Shown here one piece after another: positions 30,801 to 41,100 of a DNA stretch of 64,000 bases. Under the pieces are notes generated by a model that searched no databases, had not been told where the DNA came from, and saw only the letters and a program-made list of their open reading frames with translations. The position numbers were made by a program, and so were the translations under genes. Each line of letters starts with the position of its first letter. The first letter of the stretch is position 1. Origin of the DNA: Halarcobacter sp. (lineage in GTDB: Bacteria; Campylobacterota; Campylobacteria; Campylobacterales; Arcobacteraceae); assembly GCA_048571215.1 (NCBI GenBank), contig CP182352.1, positions 1,056,001 to 1,120,000 of the forward strand, in the 5' to 3' direction.

Positions 30801-33800
30801 GAAATCGCTTACTCCAAGAGAGGTTGCAATAGGTCAAGGAGTTGATACCTTTGATTCAATTGAAGGAGTTATTGGTGGTAGTAACGATGATACTTTAGTT
30901 GGTACAAGTGGTACAAATATTATCTCAGGTGGAGCAGGAAATGATACTCTAGTAAGTTTTGGTGGAGATGATACTATAAATGGTGGTGTTGGTTCAGATT
31001 TAATAAGTTTTGGGTTCACTACAAATGATATTACATTAGATCTTTCAAATACCTCATCACAAGTTACAGGTGTAGGTAATTTAATTGTAACAAATGTAGA
31101 AAATATTGATGGTGGATTTGGAGATGACACTTTAATAGGAGATAATAAAGAAATAGGAGATAATAAAGACAATATTTTAAGAGGTGGATTTGGGGCTGAT
31201 ACTTTAATAGGTAATGGTGGAAATAATACTTTAAATGGTGGTAAAGATTCTGATTCTCATAGAGTTTCAATAACAAACAACTCGTTGACTTTTAGTATAG
31301 TTGTAGGTGCACTTACTTTTACAACAGCAGCTGCTGCACAAGACACAATGCTTGATGATATAGTTTCTCAGTTCAATGAAGCAAATAGTGATGGAAGCTT
31401 AGGAACTATAATAAAAAGTGGAAGTGAACTTTTAATACAAACTTCACAAACTGTTAGTGTAACAAATGGTACAGATACTTCTTCAACTTTTATTGATATT
31501 GCTGATTATTCTTCGTTAGCTATAGAATCAATTGATGTAGATTTAACTAAAACCACTCAACAAGTAAATATTTCAGATGGTTCAAAAGATACTTTAATTG
31601 ATATTGAAAAGATTGTTGGTACTAAACAAGATGATAATATTAGTGGTGATGCAAATAACAATATTTTTGAAGGTAATGCAGGAGATGATACACTACTAGG
31701 AAAAGAAGGAGATGACACCTTAAGAGGTGGAGCAGGCGATGATATTATAAATGGTGGAGCTGGTAGTGATATTTTAGATGGTGGTATAGGAGATGATACT
31801 TTTATCTCATCTGTAAATGATGGAATAGACTATATTGATGGTGGAGCTGATAATGATACAGTTGATTATAGTTTAGAAACTTCAACTGTAAGTGTTCAAT
31901 TGGATGGTTTAAATACTTCAACAGTGTATATAAATGGAGTAGCAAATGACCAGTTAGATAATATTGAAAATATTACATCAGGTAGTGCAAATGATACTTT
32001 GATTGGTGATAGTAATAACAACACCCTAAAATCAAATGCAGGAGATGATACTTTAATAGGTGGAGCTGGAGATGACTATCTTGATGGGGGTAATGAAGCT
32101 GACAATTCAGTAGGAAATGACTGGGTTGATTATTCTGGTGCTACTTCTACTGGTGTAAAAGTTGATTTATCTAAAACAACCTCACAAAATATTAGTGCAA
32201 CAGAAGGTAATGATACCATAGTACATGTTGAACATGTAATTGGCTCTTCTTATGATGATACTTTAATAGGAAATGATGAAGATAACACTTTGGTTGGTGC
32301 TGATGGTGATGATACCTTAAAAGGTAATGGTGGTGATGACTCATTTGAAGGTGGAAATGGTCTTGATACAGTTGATTATAGTGGTGTTGTAGAAAAATTA
32401 AATATTGATTTGAAATCTTTAACTCCAACAGAAGTAGCTCCTGGTCAAGGAATAGATACTTATGATTCTATTGAAGGGGTAATTGGTGGAAGTAATGATG
32501 ATACATTAGCGGGAACTACTAGTGCTAATGTTTTAGGTGGATCTGCTGGTGATGATACTTTAATAGGTTTCGGTGGTGATGATACTATAAATGGTGGTGA
32601 TGGAAAAGATACAATTGATTTCTCTTATAGCTCAAATGATATTGTATTAGATTTATCAAATAGTTCGGCTCAAATTACTACAGAGGGGACTTTGTTAGTT
32701 TCTAATGTAGAAAATATCCAAGGTGGTTCAGGAAATGATACTCTTACAGGAAGTAGTTTACAAAACACTTTATTTGGTGGAGATGGTAACGATACATTAT
32801 TTGGTAATGCAGATAGTAATGTTTTAGATGGTGAAGCTGGAACAGATACAGCTGATTATTCATCAATCTCAACAGGAGTTGGTATTAATGCTAATTTAGA
32901 CTCAGGAACAACAGATAAAGTTGAATATAACCTATTGTCGGTTGATACACTAATTAGTATAGAAAATATTAGAGGTTCAAAAAACAGTGATGAGATTATT
33001 GGAGATAAAACTGATAATGTAGATAATCTTTTTGAAGGAATGGCTTCAGGGGATACTATTAATGGTGGATCTGGAAATGATACAATTTATGGTAACAATA
33101 TTAACAATAATATTTCAGGTGGTATTGATGGAGACGATAAATTATCTGGAGGAACAGGTGATGATTCTATTTATGGACAAGGTGGAGATGATACTTTATA
33201 TGGAAATGATGGTAACGATATTTTAGATGGTGGAATAGGAAACGATAAATTATCTGGAGGAACAGGTGATGATTCTATTTATGGACAAGGTGGAGACGAT
33301 ACTTTATATGGAAATGATGGTAACGATATTTTAGATGGTGGAATAGGAGACGATACATTATCTGGAGGAACAGGTGATGATTCTATTTATGGACAAAGTG
33401 GCGATGATACTTTAATTGGAAATGATGGTAATGATATTTTAGATGGTGGAATAGGAAGCGATACTGTTGATTATAGTTATTTAGATACAAGTTCAGTTGG
33501 AATAGATGTTAATTTCGTAAATAGTACAGCAACTGATGGTACATATACTGATACCTTAACAAATATTGAAAATGCTAAAGGTACTATAAATGATGACTCA
33601 TTTATTATGAAAGAGGGTACAACAGCTAATACGATAAATGGGAAAGCTGGAACTGATTTAATTGATTATTCAAATTATTCTACATCTATTAATGTGGATT
33701 TAAGTCTAGCAACAGCCCAAGCAATAGCTACAAGTGATGATAATGATACTATTTTAAATGTAGAAAATTTAATAGCTACCTCTTTAAGTGACACTATTAC

Positions 33801-36800
33801 TGGGTCTTCTTTAGATAATAGTTTAGATGGTGGAGAATCAAGTGATACTTTTTATTCAAGTTTAGGGAATGACACGATAAATGGTGGAGTAGATGCTGGT
33901 TCAAATGATATTGATGTAGTTGATTATTCAAATGAAAGTCAAAGAATTATTGTATCAAATGGAGATAGTGTAGATAAAAATAATGGTTATACAGATACTT
34001 TAGTAGATATTGAACAAATTCAAGGTACAGATTATAAAGATACTATAAGTGGTGGAAGTTTATCAGATATTTTTAAAGGTGGAGAATCAAGTGACTTTTT
34101 ATCAGGAGCACAAGGAAATGACACTCTTTATGGAGAAAAAGGTGATGATACCCTAGTAGGTGGAACTGGAAATGACGAATTAAGAGGTGGAAGTAACCTA
34201 ACTACAGGAGATACAGTAGATTATAGTAGTAGAAATGAAGGTATTAATGTAGCTTTAGATTCTGGTAAAGGTACTGCATATATTGATACATCAAATGATG
34301 GATTACAAGGTACTTCAACTGGAGAAGAGGAAGATAGTCTTTATGGTATTGAAAATATTACAGGTTCATCTGTTGATGATATTATTGTAGGTGATATAAA
34401 TGAAAATATTATAAAAGGAAAAGGCGGTAATGATACTATAGATGGTGGAGCTGGTGATGATGACCTTCAAGGTGGAACAGGTGATGACATAATCACTGGT
34501 TCATCAGGAAATGACAATATTTCAGGTGGAGCAGGCGATGATACTTTTATTGATACTGATTTTATAGGTGACACAATAGATGGTGGTGATAATACAGCTG
34601 TTGGGGATACAATTGATTACCATAATTTATCAGAGAGCATTCAAGTAAATTTAAATGATAGTGATACAAGTTCAGTATTTGTACAAGTTGGTTCTGATAC
34701 TGCAAATCATAGAATAGAAAATATTGAAAATATTATTGGAACAGATGAATTAGATATTATTCATGGTAATAGTTCAGATAATTCATTTGAAGGAAGAAAT
34801 GGAAATGATATTTTAGATGGTGAATCAGGAGATGACATTTTAAGTGGTGGAAATGATAATGATACACTACTTGGAGGAGAAGGAGATGATACACTACAAG
34901 GTGATGCTGGAGACGATGTCTTAAGAGGTGGAGCAGGAAATGATGTCTTAGAGGGTGGTGCCGGAAATGATACTGCTGATTTCTCAGATGCTAAAGCAGG
35001 GATAAATGTAGATTTATCTGCAACTGGAAGCACTCCTGTAAATATTGGTGCAAATTTAGGTTTTGATACATTTGATTCAATAGAGGGTGTTATTGGTGGA
35101 GATTCTGATGATATATTAAAAGGAACCTCTTCTCAAAATACACTTATTGGTGGAGCAGGAAATGATACTTTATATGGTTTAGGTTCAAACAGTGGAGCTG
35201 ATTATTTAGATGGAGGAGAGGGAGATGAAGACTTTGTAAGTTTTAATTATACCTCACCTGTAGATATAACTGTAGATTTAGGTAAGGAAACTGCACAAGA
35301 TACAGATGGTGTAAATGGTGATGACCTAATTATAATAGATATTGAAAATGTTGAAGGTGGTGGTGGAAATGATACTATTACTGGAAACTCTTCAGATAAT
35401 ACAATTTCAACCTTAGCTGGTGATGATACTATATTTGTTAGTGGTGGAGATGATTATATAGATGGTGGGAATGGAGATGAAACCTTAGGAGACACTGTAG
35501 ATTACACTATAGAAAATGGAATTACTGTAACAATACAAGATGATGATTCTATTAAGGTTAATAAAAAATCAAATGGTGAAGATACTTTAGTAAATATTGA
35601 AAATCTAGTAGCTTCTAATGGAGATGATACTTTAAATGGTAATGATAACAATAATGTATTATATGGTGGAGCTGGAAATGACGCTTTCAATGGTAAAGAT
35701 GGAGATGATTCTTTATATGGTGAATCTGGGAATGACAGCTTTTTTGGTGGATTAGGTAATGATTATATTGATGGTGGAGCTGATATTGATACTGTTGATT
35801 ATAGTAAGAGAACTGATGGTGTTGATTTAACCTTAGTAAATAAAGCGGGAACAGCTTATATTGATACTTTCGATGATGGCTTAAAAGTACATACCTCAGG
35901 TGAAGAGGAAGATACTCTTGTTGACATAGAAAATGTTATAGGTTCTCAAGACCATGACTATATTGAAGGTGATATTAACTCAAATGTTATAAAAGGTGAA
36001 GCTGGAGATGATACCTTAAAAGGTGCTGCAGGTGACGATAGTATTGAAGGTGGACTAGGTAATGATTATATTGATGGTGGAGCTGGAGCTGATACTTTAA
36101 AAGGTGGAGAGGGTAATGATACCTTTATCGAAAGATCAAATGATACTAATGGTGACTTAATATATGGTGGAAGTGAAAGTGATAGTAGTAGAGGTAGTGA
36201 TACTGTTGATTATTCACAAAATGACCAAGGGGTTATATTAGATTTAAATGACTTAGGTTTATCAAGTGTTACAATTGGTTCAAGTGTAAATGACCATTAT
36301 TTATCAAATATTGAAAATGTTATTGGAACTACAGGAAATGATACTATTGAAGGGGATAGTGTTGATAATAGTTTAGATGGAAACTTAGGAACAGATACAA
36401 TTTCTTATGCAAATACCTCATCTTCAGTTACAGTAAACCTAGGTGGGGCAATAAGTTCTGATATAAATTTTGATTCAAACAATGAAAATATAACTGCTTC
36501 AACTGGACAAAGTGCTACGTCTGGTACAGATACTTTATCAGGTTTTGAAAATATAATTGGTACAGCCCATGCAGATACCCTAATTGGTGATTCAGATACA
36601 AATACAATTGATGGTGGTAAAGGTGATGATTTACTATTAGGTGGAGCAGGAAGTGACAGTTTTATAGGTGGTGTGGGTATTGATACCGTATCTTATGCTC
36701 TTGAAAGTTCAGTTGATGCCTCTTTACGAAATGGAACAGGTTTAGTTGGATCTGATACTGACCAGTTTACAGATATTGAAAATATTATAGGTACAACTGG

Positions 36801-38136
36801 AGATGACACTATAGAGGGTGATGAAAATAATAATAATTTAATAGGTGGAACAGGAACTGATACTTTATCTTATGCTGGTGCTATATCTTCTGATAATACA
36901 GGTGTTACAGTTGATTTATCACTTAATACAGTTGTAACAGTAAATGATGGTATAGATAAAATTAGTGGTTTTGAAAACCTTATAGGTTCTTCAAAAGATG
37001 ATATCTTATCAGGAGATAGTCAAGACAATGTAATAGATGCAGGTAGTGGAAATGATACCTTAAAAGGTGGATATGGTACAGATATATTAAATGGTCAAAA
37101 TGGTAATGATACCTTTATAATAGATGACTCTAATATAGATAATGCAAATGATCAAATAGATGGTGGAGCAAATACAGATACTATTGATTATAGTGCAATT
37201 AACTCTTCTAACTCTTCATACCATATAAATGTTAACTTATCAGTTCCAACAGCTGAGGTTTTAAATGGAGCAGTTACTTTAGATAGTGATACTCTAACTA
37301 GTATAGAAAATGTAATAGGTAGTTCAGGAGATGACACTATTACAGGAGATATACAAAATAATGTTTTAAATGGAAATGCAGGAGATGACATAATAGATGG
37401 TGGAGCAGGTGAAGATTCACTATTGGGTGGAGCAGGAGATGATTTATTTATTCAAAAAGATGGTGAAACTACAAATGATGTAATAAATGGTGGAATAAAT
37501 AATCTTGGAGGAGATACAGTTGATTATTCAAATGTAAACGCAAATATATCTGTAAATCTTCTAGATGGTGTTGCTTCAACAGTAAACCTATCAAGTAGTG
37601 CTGACCATACTATTCAAAATATAGAAAATATTACAGGTTCATCTTTAAATGACACCCTTACAGGAAATAGTTCAGCAAATACACTATTAGGTGGAGCAGG
37701 TGATGATACTATAGATGGTGGAGCGGGTGAAGATTATTTAGATGGTGGAACATCGACAGCCGTTGGAAATACTTTAACCTATGATAGTTCAACTCACTCT
37801 GTAAGAATTGATTTAAGTACAAATAGTGCAATTATTGATTTAGATGGTGATAAGTTTAGTTATGATGGAAATGGTACTAATACTGATGTTGATGATGAAC
37901 AAGATACTATTTATAATTTTAAAACAGCAAAAGGTTCAGATCACGATGATACCTTAATTGCAGGTGATACAGGAAATACACTTTTAGGAAGTGCTGGAGA
38001 TGATAATTTAATAAGTGGTGCTTCAGATGACTACCTTGATGGTGGAGAAAATAACGATACTTTTATTCTTGGAAATAATGAAGCTTTAAATGGTTCAGAT
38101 ACCATTTTGGGGGGGTACTGGAAAAGATACAGCTGA
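24889..38136 (+). CDS. Giant RTX/Ca-binding repeat adhesin, N-terminal part (ends by frameshift)
   Basis: Very many GGxGxDxL nonapeptides in DTVDYS...DTL..IENIIG modules. Reading ends ...DTILGG YWKRYS* right after the G7 run. Confidence 0.9.
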   Translation: MASDNEYVKYQNKSVNIVGKPLKGENVSVYVRPGDLVDFKIPGVNLEDLEYSLVGGDIVIDLPGQGTFTFVSMALMGYNDTPPRFSSSSGKELTLGDILSEVENINALPIDSLVSDVDVNIPDNTAKKTEEGDATQNNPQTAPQVIIQQVDNVNENENISDLEKVDDFEIPPEEAPEVIENVFTSNDDDKSSKTQSSVTEGSKPTFSFDIDIQHVDSSTSRANEGTTRVFTVEGGGGEKYANYYPATEESIDTLDRSEMLVQRDPETLDYSNIDNTLADRVVINADNNTYFDATSTSRTIELAPNNLEGYEIETIKISADDFPDGFVVENATLSNNTWTLVKDDPSTPGIEGFSVNTLGIIKINFTVSSQQSDNFAFNVEATSVFDLENIPEEDRAEFEVPVESELTYDKSYGINFRDIVDTEDSAEYMFEKFADANGDIVSTGFVVSTNLNDNIIYGSQELVNTIYGGLSNDTVTGGDNNDTIYGNTGNDTITAGLGDDFVDGGADNDTLDYSAIDNDNNIGIAANLSTGIVTGDGTDTVSNIENVIGTQDNDTIVGSDVVNILKGQNGADILRGLDGNDTLEGELGNDTLEGGLGDDLLKGGIGKDTVSYEHAISSTNAGVTVSLESDENNPGLGSATGIDGIDTLWDFENITGSNYNDTLNGNAENNTILALYGDDILVGNAGDDYIDGGDGIDTVDFSNVSTGTGEIINLELNEATGGDGIDDIYNIENVIGTKYVDTIIGDSLDNSIDGGRGNDTLIGADGNDTLVGNTGNDFLSGGLGDDSIDGGVGSDTVDYSDIKGGVRVDLSDNTEQNTQKAGLDTLSSVENLIGTSFDDTITGSSSDNSIVTREGDDTIYASGGTDILNGGSGEDLLSFANSANSITVDLSITQEQSTGIGQTTISNIEDLEGSNNVDTLLGDFQNNKIYGLDGNDFINGKEGDDSLFGQAGDDTIVGGSGNDTIDGGTNTAQGDSIDYTDSSNAVKLALANSGTDALATIGTEQDTVRNIENILGSKYNDTLSGNDDNNLLSGNAGDDILSGGLGDDILNGGEDNDTLSGGLGNDTLSGGLGNDTVDYRDITVGNVVVDLSISTQQDTKNAGLDILNSVENFIGTSFGDTVWGSADNNKIETKVGDDTIYSSSGTDIIDGGSGEDLLSFETSGTGVIADLSNLNEQATNQGRITIANIENLEGSNQVDTFSGDSNINKIYGLDGNDTIFGAQGDDSLFGQGGDDKIIGGSGNDIIDGGINTSQGDSVDYSTSSNAVSLTLANSGNDAIATIGTEQDTVRNIENIIGSQYNDTLGGNADNNSISGNNGDDTFIASDGNDEFIGGSGNDTIDYSNRVDNINVTLIDNSPSNIVNGTFTDTVYQVENITGSQVNDTITGDSGINTLKGQEGDDTISGGAGNDVIDGGTNTAQGDSVDYRSSSSAVKLTLSDSGNDANATIGLEQDTVRNIENILGSQNNDILGGNSDNNSISGNTGNDTLSGGLGDDTLDGGEGDDTLSGGLGDDFLNGGVGVDTVDYSDINVAGVSVDLSKQTQQDTQNAGLDTLSSVENLIGTSFDDTITGSDDDNKIETKDGNDIIYASSGTDSLDGGSGQDLLSFVNSSNKITVDLSNIAEQSTGYGDTTISSIEDLEGSNLNDTLIGSTQNNEIYGLAGNDIINGKEGDDSLFGQAGDDTIIGGAGNDIIDGGINTTQGDSVDYTNSENAVNLSLADGGNDAIANIGSEQDTVRNIENIIGSQYNDTLGGNSDDNSIFGNLGDDNLIASDGNDEFVGGSGSDTVDYSNRTESISVTLNESAPTDVVNGTFTDTVYQIENVTGSQADDTIVGDSQTNILKGQGGDDTLSGGKGSDYIDGGETGETNGDTVNYSYIDNVTTDTFGVSVDLSLNRGIDLNTDDKDTITNIENVVGTKFADTLVGDEFDNILNGANGNDILKGGAGDDSFIGGNGIDTVDYSDVSEKLNIDLKSLTPREVAIGQGVDTFDSIEGVIGGSNDDTLVGTSGTNIISGGAGNDTLVSFGGDDTINGGVGSDLISFGFTTNDITLDLSNTSSQVTGVGNLIVTNVENIDGGFGDDTLIGDNKEIGDNKDNILRGGFGADTLIGNGGNNTLNGGKDSDSHRVSITNNSLTFSIVVGALTFTTAAAAQDTMLDDIVSQFNEANSDGSLGTIIKSGSELLIQTSQTVSVTNGTDTSSTFIDIADYSSLAIESIDVDLTKTTQQVNISDGSKDTLIDIEKIVGTKQDDNISGDANNNIFEGNAGDDTLLGKEGDDTLRGGAGDDIINGGAGSDILDGGIGDDTFISSVNDGIDYIDGGADNDTVDYSLETSTVSVQLDGLNTSTVYINGVANDQLDNIENITSGSANDTLIGDSNNNTLKSNAGDDTLIGGAGDDYLDGGNEADNSVGNDWVDYSGATSTGVKVDLSKTTSQNISATEGNDTIVHVEHVIGSSYDDTLIGNDEDNTLVGADGDDTLKGNGGDDSFEGGNGLDTVDYSGVVEKLNIDLKSLTPTEVAPGQGIDTYDSIEGVIGGSNDDTLAGTTSANVLGGSAGDDTLIGFGGDDTINGGDGKDTIDFSYSSNDIVLDLSNSSAQITTEGTLLVSNVENIQGGSGNDTLTGSSLQNTLFGGDGNDTLFGNADSNVLDGEAGTDTADYSSISTGVGINANLDSGTTDKVEYNLLSVDTLISIENIRGSKNSDEIIGDKTDNVDNLFEGMASGDTINGGSGNDTIYGNNINNNISGGIDGDDKLSGGTGDDSIYGQGGDDTLYGNDGNDILDGGIGNDKLSGGTGDDSIYGQGGDDTLYGNDGNDILDGGIGDDTLSGGTGDDSIYGQSGDDTLIGNDGNDILDGGIGSDTVDYSYLDTSSVGIDVNFVNSTATDGTYTDTLTNIENAKGTINDDSFIMKEGTTANTINGKAGTDLIDYSNYSTSINVDLSLATAQAIATSDDNDTILNVENLIATSLSDTITGSSLDNSLDGGESSDTFYSSLGNDTINGGVDAGSNDIDVVDYSNESQRIIVSNGDSVDKNNGYTDTLVDIEQIQGTDYKDTISGGSLSDIFKGGESSDFLSGAQGNDTLYGEKGDDTLVGGTGNDELRGGSNLTTGDTVDYSSRNEGINVALDSGKGTAYIDTSNDGLQGTSTGEEEDSLYGIENITGSSVDDIIVGDINENIIKGKGGNDTIDGGAGDDDLQGGTGDDIITGSSGNDNISGGAGDDTFIDTDFIGDTIDGGDNTAVGDTIDYHNLSESIQVNLNDSDTSSVFVQVGSDTANHRIENIENIIGTDELDIIHGNSSDNSFEGRNGNDILDGESGDDILSGGNDNDTLLGGEGDDTLQGDAGDDVLRGGAGNDVLEGGAGNDTADFSDAKAGINVDLSATGSTPVNIGANLGFDTFDSIEGVIGGDSDDILKGTSSQNTLIGGAGNDTLYGLGSNSGADYLDGGEGDEDFVSFNYTSPVDITVDLGKETAQDTDGVNGDDLIIIDIENVEGGGGNDTITGNSSDNTISTLAGDDTIFVSGGDDYIDGGNGDETLGDTVDYTIENGITVTIQDDDSIKVNKKSNGEDTLVNIENLVASNGDDTLNGNDNNNVLYGGAGNDAFNGKDGDDSLYGESGNDSFFGGLGNDYIDGGADIDTVDYSKRTDGVDLTLVNKAGTAYIDTFDDGLKVHTSGEEEDTLVDIENVIGSQDHDYIEGDINSNVIKGEAGDDTLKGAAGDDSIEGGLGNDYIDGGAGADTLKGGEGNDTFIERSNDTNGDLIYGGSESDSSRGSDTVDYSQNDQGVILDLNDLGLSSVTIGSSVNDHYLSNIENVIGTTGNDTIEGDSVDNSLDGNLGTDTISYANTSSSVTVNLGGAISSDINFDSNNENITASTGQSATSGTDTLSGFENIIGTAHADTLIGDSDTNTIDGGKGDDLLLGGAGSDSFIGGVGIDTVSYALESSVDASLRNGTGLVGSDTDQFTDIENIIGTTGDDTIEGDENNNNLIGGTGTDTLSYAGAISSDNTGVTVDLSLNTVVTVNDGIDKISGFENLIGSSKDDILSGDSQDNVIDAGSGNDTLKGGYGTDILNGQNGNDTFIIDDSNIDNANDQIDGGANTDTIDYSAINSSNSSYHINVNLSVPTAEVLNGAVTLDSDTLTSIENVIGSSGDDTITGDIQNNVLNGNAGDDIIDGGAGEDSLLGGAGDDLFIQKDGETTNDVINGGINNLGGDTVDYSNVNANISVNLLDGVASTVNLSSSADHTIQNIENITGSSLNDTLTGNSSANTLLGGAGDDTIDGGAGEDYLDGGTSTAVGNTLTYDSSTHSVRIDLSTNSAIIDLDGDKFSYDGNGTNTDVDDEQDTIYNFKTAKGSDHDDTLIAGDTGNTLLGSAGDDNLISGASDDYLDGGENNDTFILGNNEALNGSDTILGGYWKRYS
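33136..33459 (+). repeat. Three near-identical 108-bp tandem copies (4 RTX nonapeptides each)
   Basis: Units start at 33136, 33244 and 33352 (DKLSGGTGDDSIYGQGGDDTLYGNDGNDILDGGIG). Confidence 0.9.
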
Positions 38137-41100
38137 TTATAGTGGGATAACTGATACTTCAAGAAGTATAAGTGTTGAACTTGAAAGTTCTGAAGTTAAA
38201 ACTGTAACTATAAATGGAGCAGCTAATGATACTCTTCAAGATGTTGAGAATGTTACTGGTGGAGCAGGTGATGACACCTTAATTGGAGATGGAAATGTAA
38301 ATACCCTAAAAGGTGGCATTGGAAATGATATTATTGATGGAGCTGATGGAAAAGACTTATTATATGGTGGTGATGGAAACGATAATATAATAGGTGGAGA
38401 TAAAGAGGATACTATTTATGGTGATGCTGGAAATGATATTTTAAATGGAGAAGATGGAGCAGATTCACTTTTTGGTGGAGATGGAGATGACACTTTATTA
38501 GGTGGAGCAGGAATTGATTATTTAGATGGTGGAGCAGAAGATACACTTGGGGATAGTGTTGATTTCTCAACAGAATCAGGAAAACTCGATGTTAATTTTA
38601 GAAATGTAGATGTAAATGGTTATTCACAAGCATATATAGATAATATTGGGGATGATTATTTAAAAGATGTAGAGAATATAAAAGGTACAAATCAAGATGA
38701 TTATATTGGAGGTAATGCTTCAAATAATACAATTATAGCATTAAATGGTGATGATACTATTATTGGTGATGGTGGAGCTGACTATTTAACTGGTGGTGAA
38801 GGTGATGATATCTTTAAAGCTGGTATTGATGCTAATGGTGACAAAATTCTAGAAGATAGTGATGATGGAGTTGATTTTATAGATGGAGGGAACCTATCAG
38901 AAATAAATGGAGATACAGTTGATTATAGTGCAATTTCAAAATCAATAAATGTAACATTAAGTGGTTCAAATGATGCTACAGTTGTTGTAGGTGATTTGGA
39001 TTCTAATAATACAGTTGGTGATTATAAAGATGATACTATAAGAAATATTGAAAATATTATTGGTTCAAGTGCTAATGATACAATCACAGGTGATATAAAT
39101 AAAAATACTCTAGCTGGTAGTCTAGGTGATGATACTTTATATGGTGCAGGTGGAAACGACACTTTAGACGGTGGTAGTGGTATAGATACAGCAGATTATA
39201 CCCAAGCTGCTTCAAAAGTTGTTGTTGATATGAGTATTTCAACAGGAGAAGTTACAGTTGATGGAGATTCAGGAACTGATAATTTAATTGATATTGAAAA
39301 AATTATAGGTTCAACGCATGATGATACATTAAGTGGTTATGATCAAGCAGATACACTTTATGGTGGTGCTGGAAGTGATACTATTTCAGGTGGTAAAGGT
39401 GCTGATAACTTAAGTGGATATGGATTAACTACAGGAACTGATAGTGATTTAGATACTGTTTCTTATTCTTATGTGGCAGCAGCTGATGAAGTAAATATAG
39501 ATTTAACTGCTGGTACTGCAACTGTAGATGTATCAGGAGATACAAGTGATACAGATACCCTAAGTGATTTTGAGAATGTTATTGGTGGAGCAGGAGCAGA
39601 TACTATTAATGGATCATCTGTGGCAAATGTTATTAATGCAGGTTCAGGAGCGGATACAATAACAGGACAAGCTGGAGGTGATCAACTTAATGGAGAAGCA
39701 GGAAATGATACTTTTATTGCTACAGATGCTAATGATGGAGTTGATATTATAGATGGTGGAGCTGATAGTGATACCATTGATTATAGTATATTAGGTGTTG
39801 GAAATGAGATTACATTTACTTTAGCAGAAAGTGGAAACTCAAGTAATATAACAATTGCTGATAGCGGTGATTCTGATTTAATATCAAATGTTGAAAATAT
39901 TATAGCTTCTCAAGGTGATGATGATATTACAGGAAATAGTAGTGTAAATACAATATATGGACAAGCTGGTGATGATCAAATCAATGGTGAGGCAGGAAAT
40001 GATACTTTATATGGTGAAACTGGAGATGATACCTTAAAAGGTGGATTTGGTGATGATTATATAGATGGTGGAACAAATAGTACACAAGGGGATACGGTAG
40101 ATTATTCTGATGCCTCTTCTGGCGTGACTGTTAATATGTCAGGAAATTCAGTTTCAGTTGGAGCTGGACTTGGGACAGATACCCTTGTAGATATAGAAAA
40201 TGCTTTAGGTTCAGATTATGATGATACTTTTATAACAAATGAAAATGCAGATAATAAGTTTTATGGTGGTAATAATGAAGCAGCAGGGGATACAGTAGAT
40301 TATTCTTCTAGACTTACAGATGCAAATGATAAGATTGTTGCAGATTTAACTTCAGGAAATGTAGATATCTATAATGATGGAGCAGTTACTCCAAATGCAA
40401 CAGATACCCTTTTTGATATAGAAAATGTTACAGGTTCATCGGGAAATGACACTATTTCTGGTGATGTAAATAATAATACAATTATAGGTTTATCAGGTAA
40501 TGACACTATATCAGGTAATGATGGTATTGATTATCTTGATGGGGGTACTGGATTAGATGACAGAGTTGATTACTCTTATAGTAATGAAGGTGTAACTGTA
40601 GATTTAGAAAATGATACAGGTTATATAAATGCGGGAGATAATGATACTTTAATAGGTTTTGAAAATGTTAAAGGAACAACTGGAAATGATACTATTATTT
40701 TAAAATCAAATGCTGGATTATTAACTGGTGTTGAAAATGAAATTGATGGTAATAGTGGAGATAATGATACAGTAAGTTATGAAAACTATACAGATGATTT
40801 AACTATTGATATGACCGCTGGTGCTACTGCTACAGGTGATAATGATATTTTAACTAGTATAGAAAATGCAGTAGGTGGTACAGGTGATGATACCTTTATC
40901 TCTGATACTTTAATCGATAATGAGTTTGATGGAAACAGTGGTCAAGATACTGTAGATTATAGCTCTTCTAGTGATACAGTTAATGTTACTTTAAATGGTT
41001 CAATAGCTGCAAATCTTACTTTAGGAAATGGAACAGTTGATAGTGTAAAAAATATAGAAAATGTTATTGGTGGAAGTGTAAATGATACTATTACTGGTGA

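Noticed and set aside
38105..38115. Programmed -1 ribosomal frameshift
   Set aside because: A +1 shift is needed to join the frames, and no stimulatory structure is evident.
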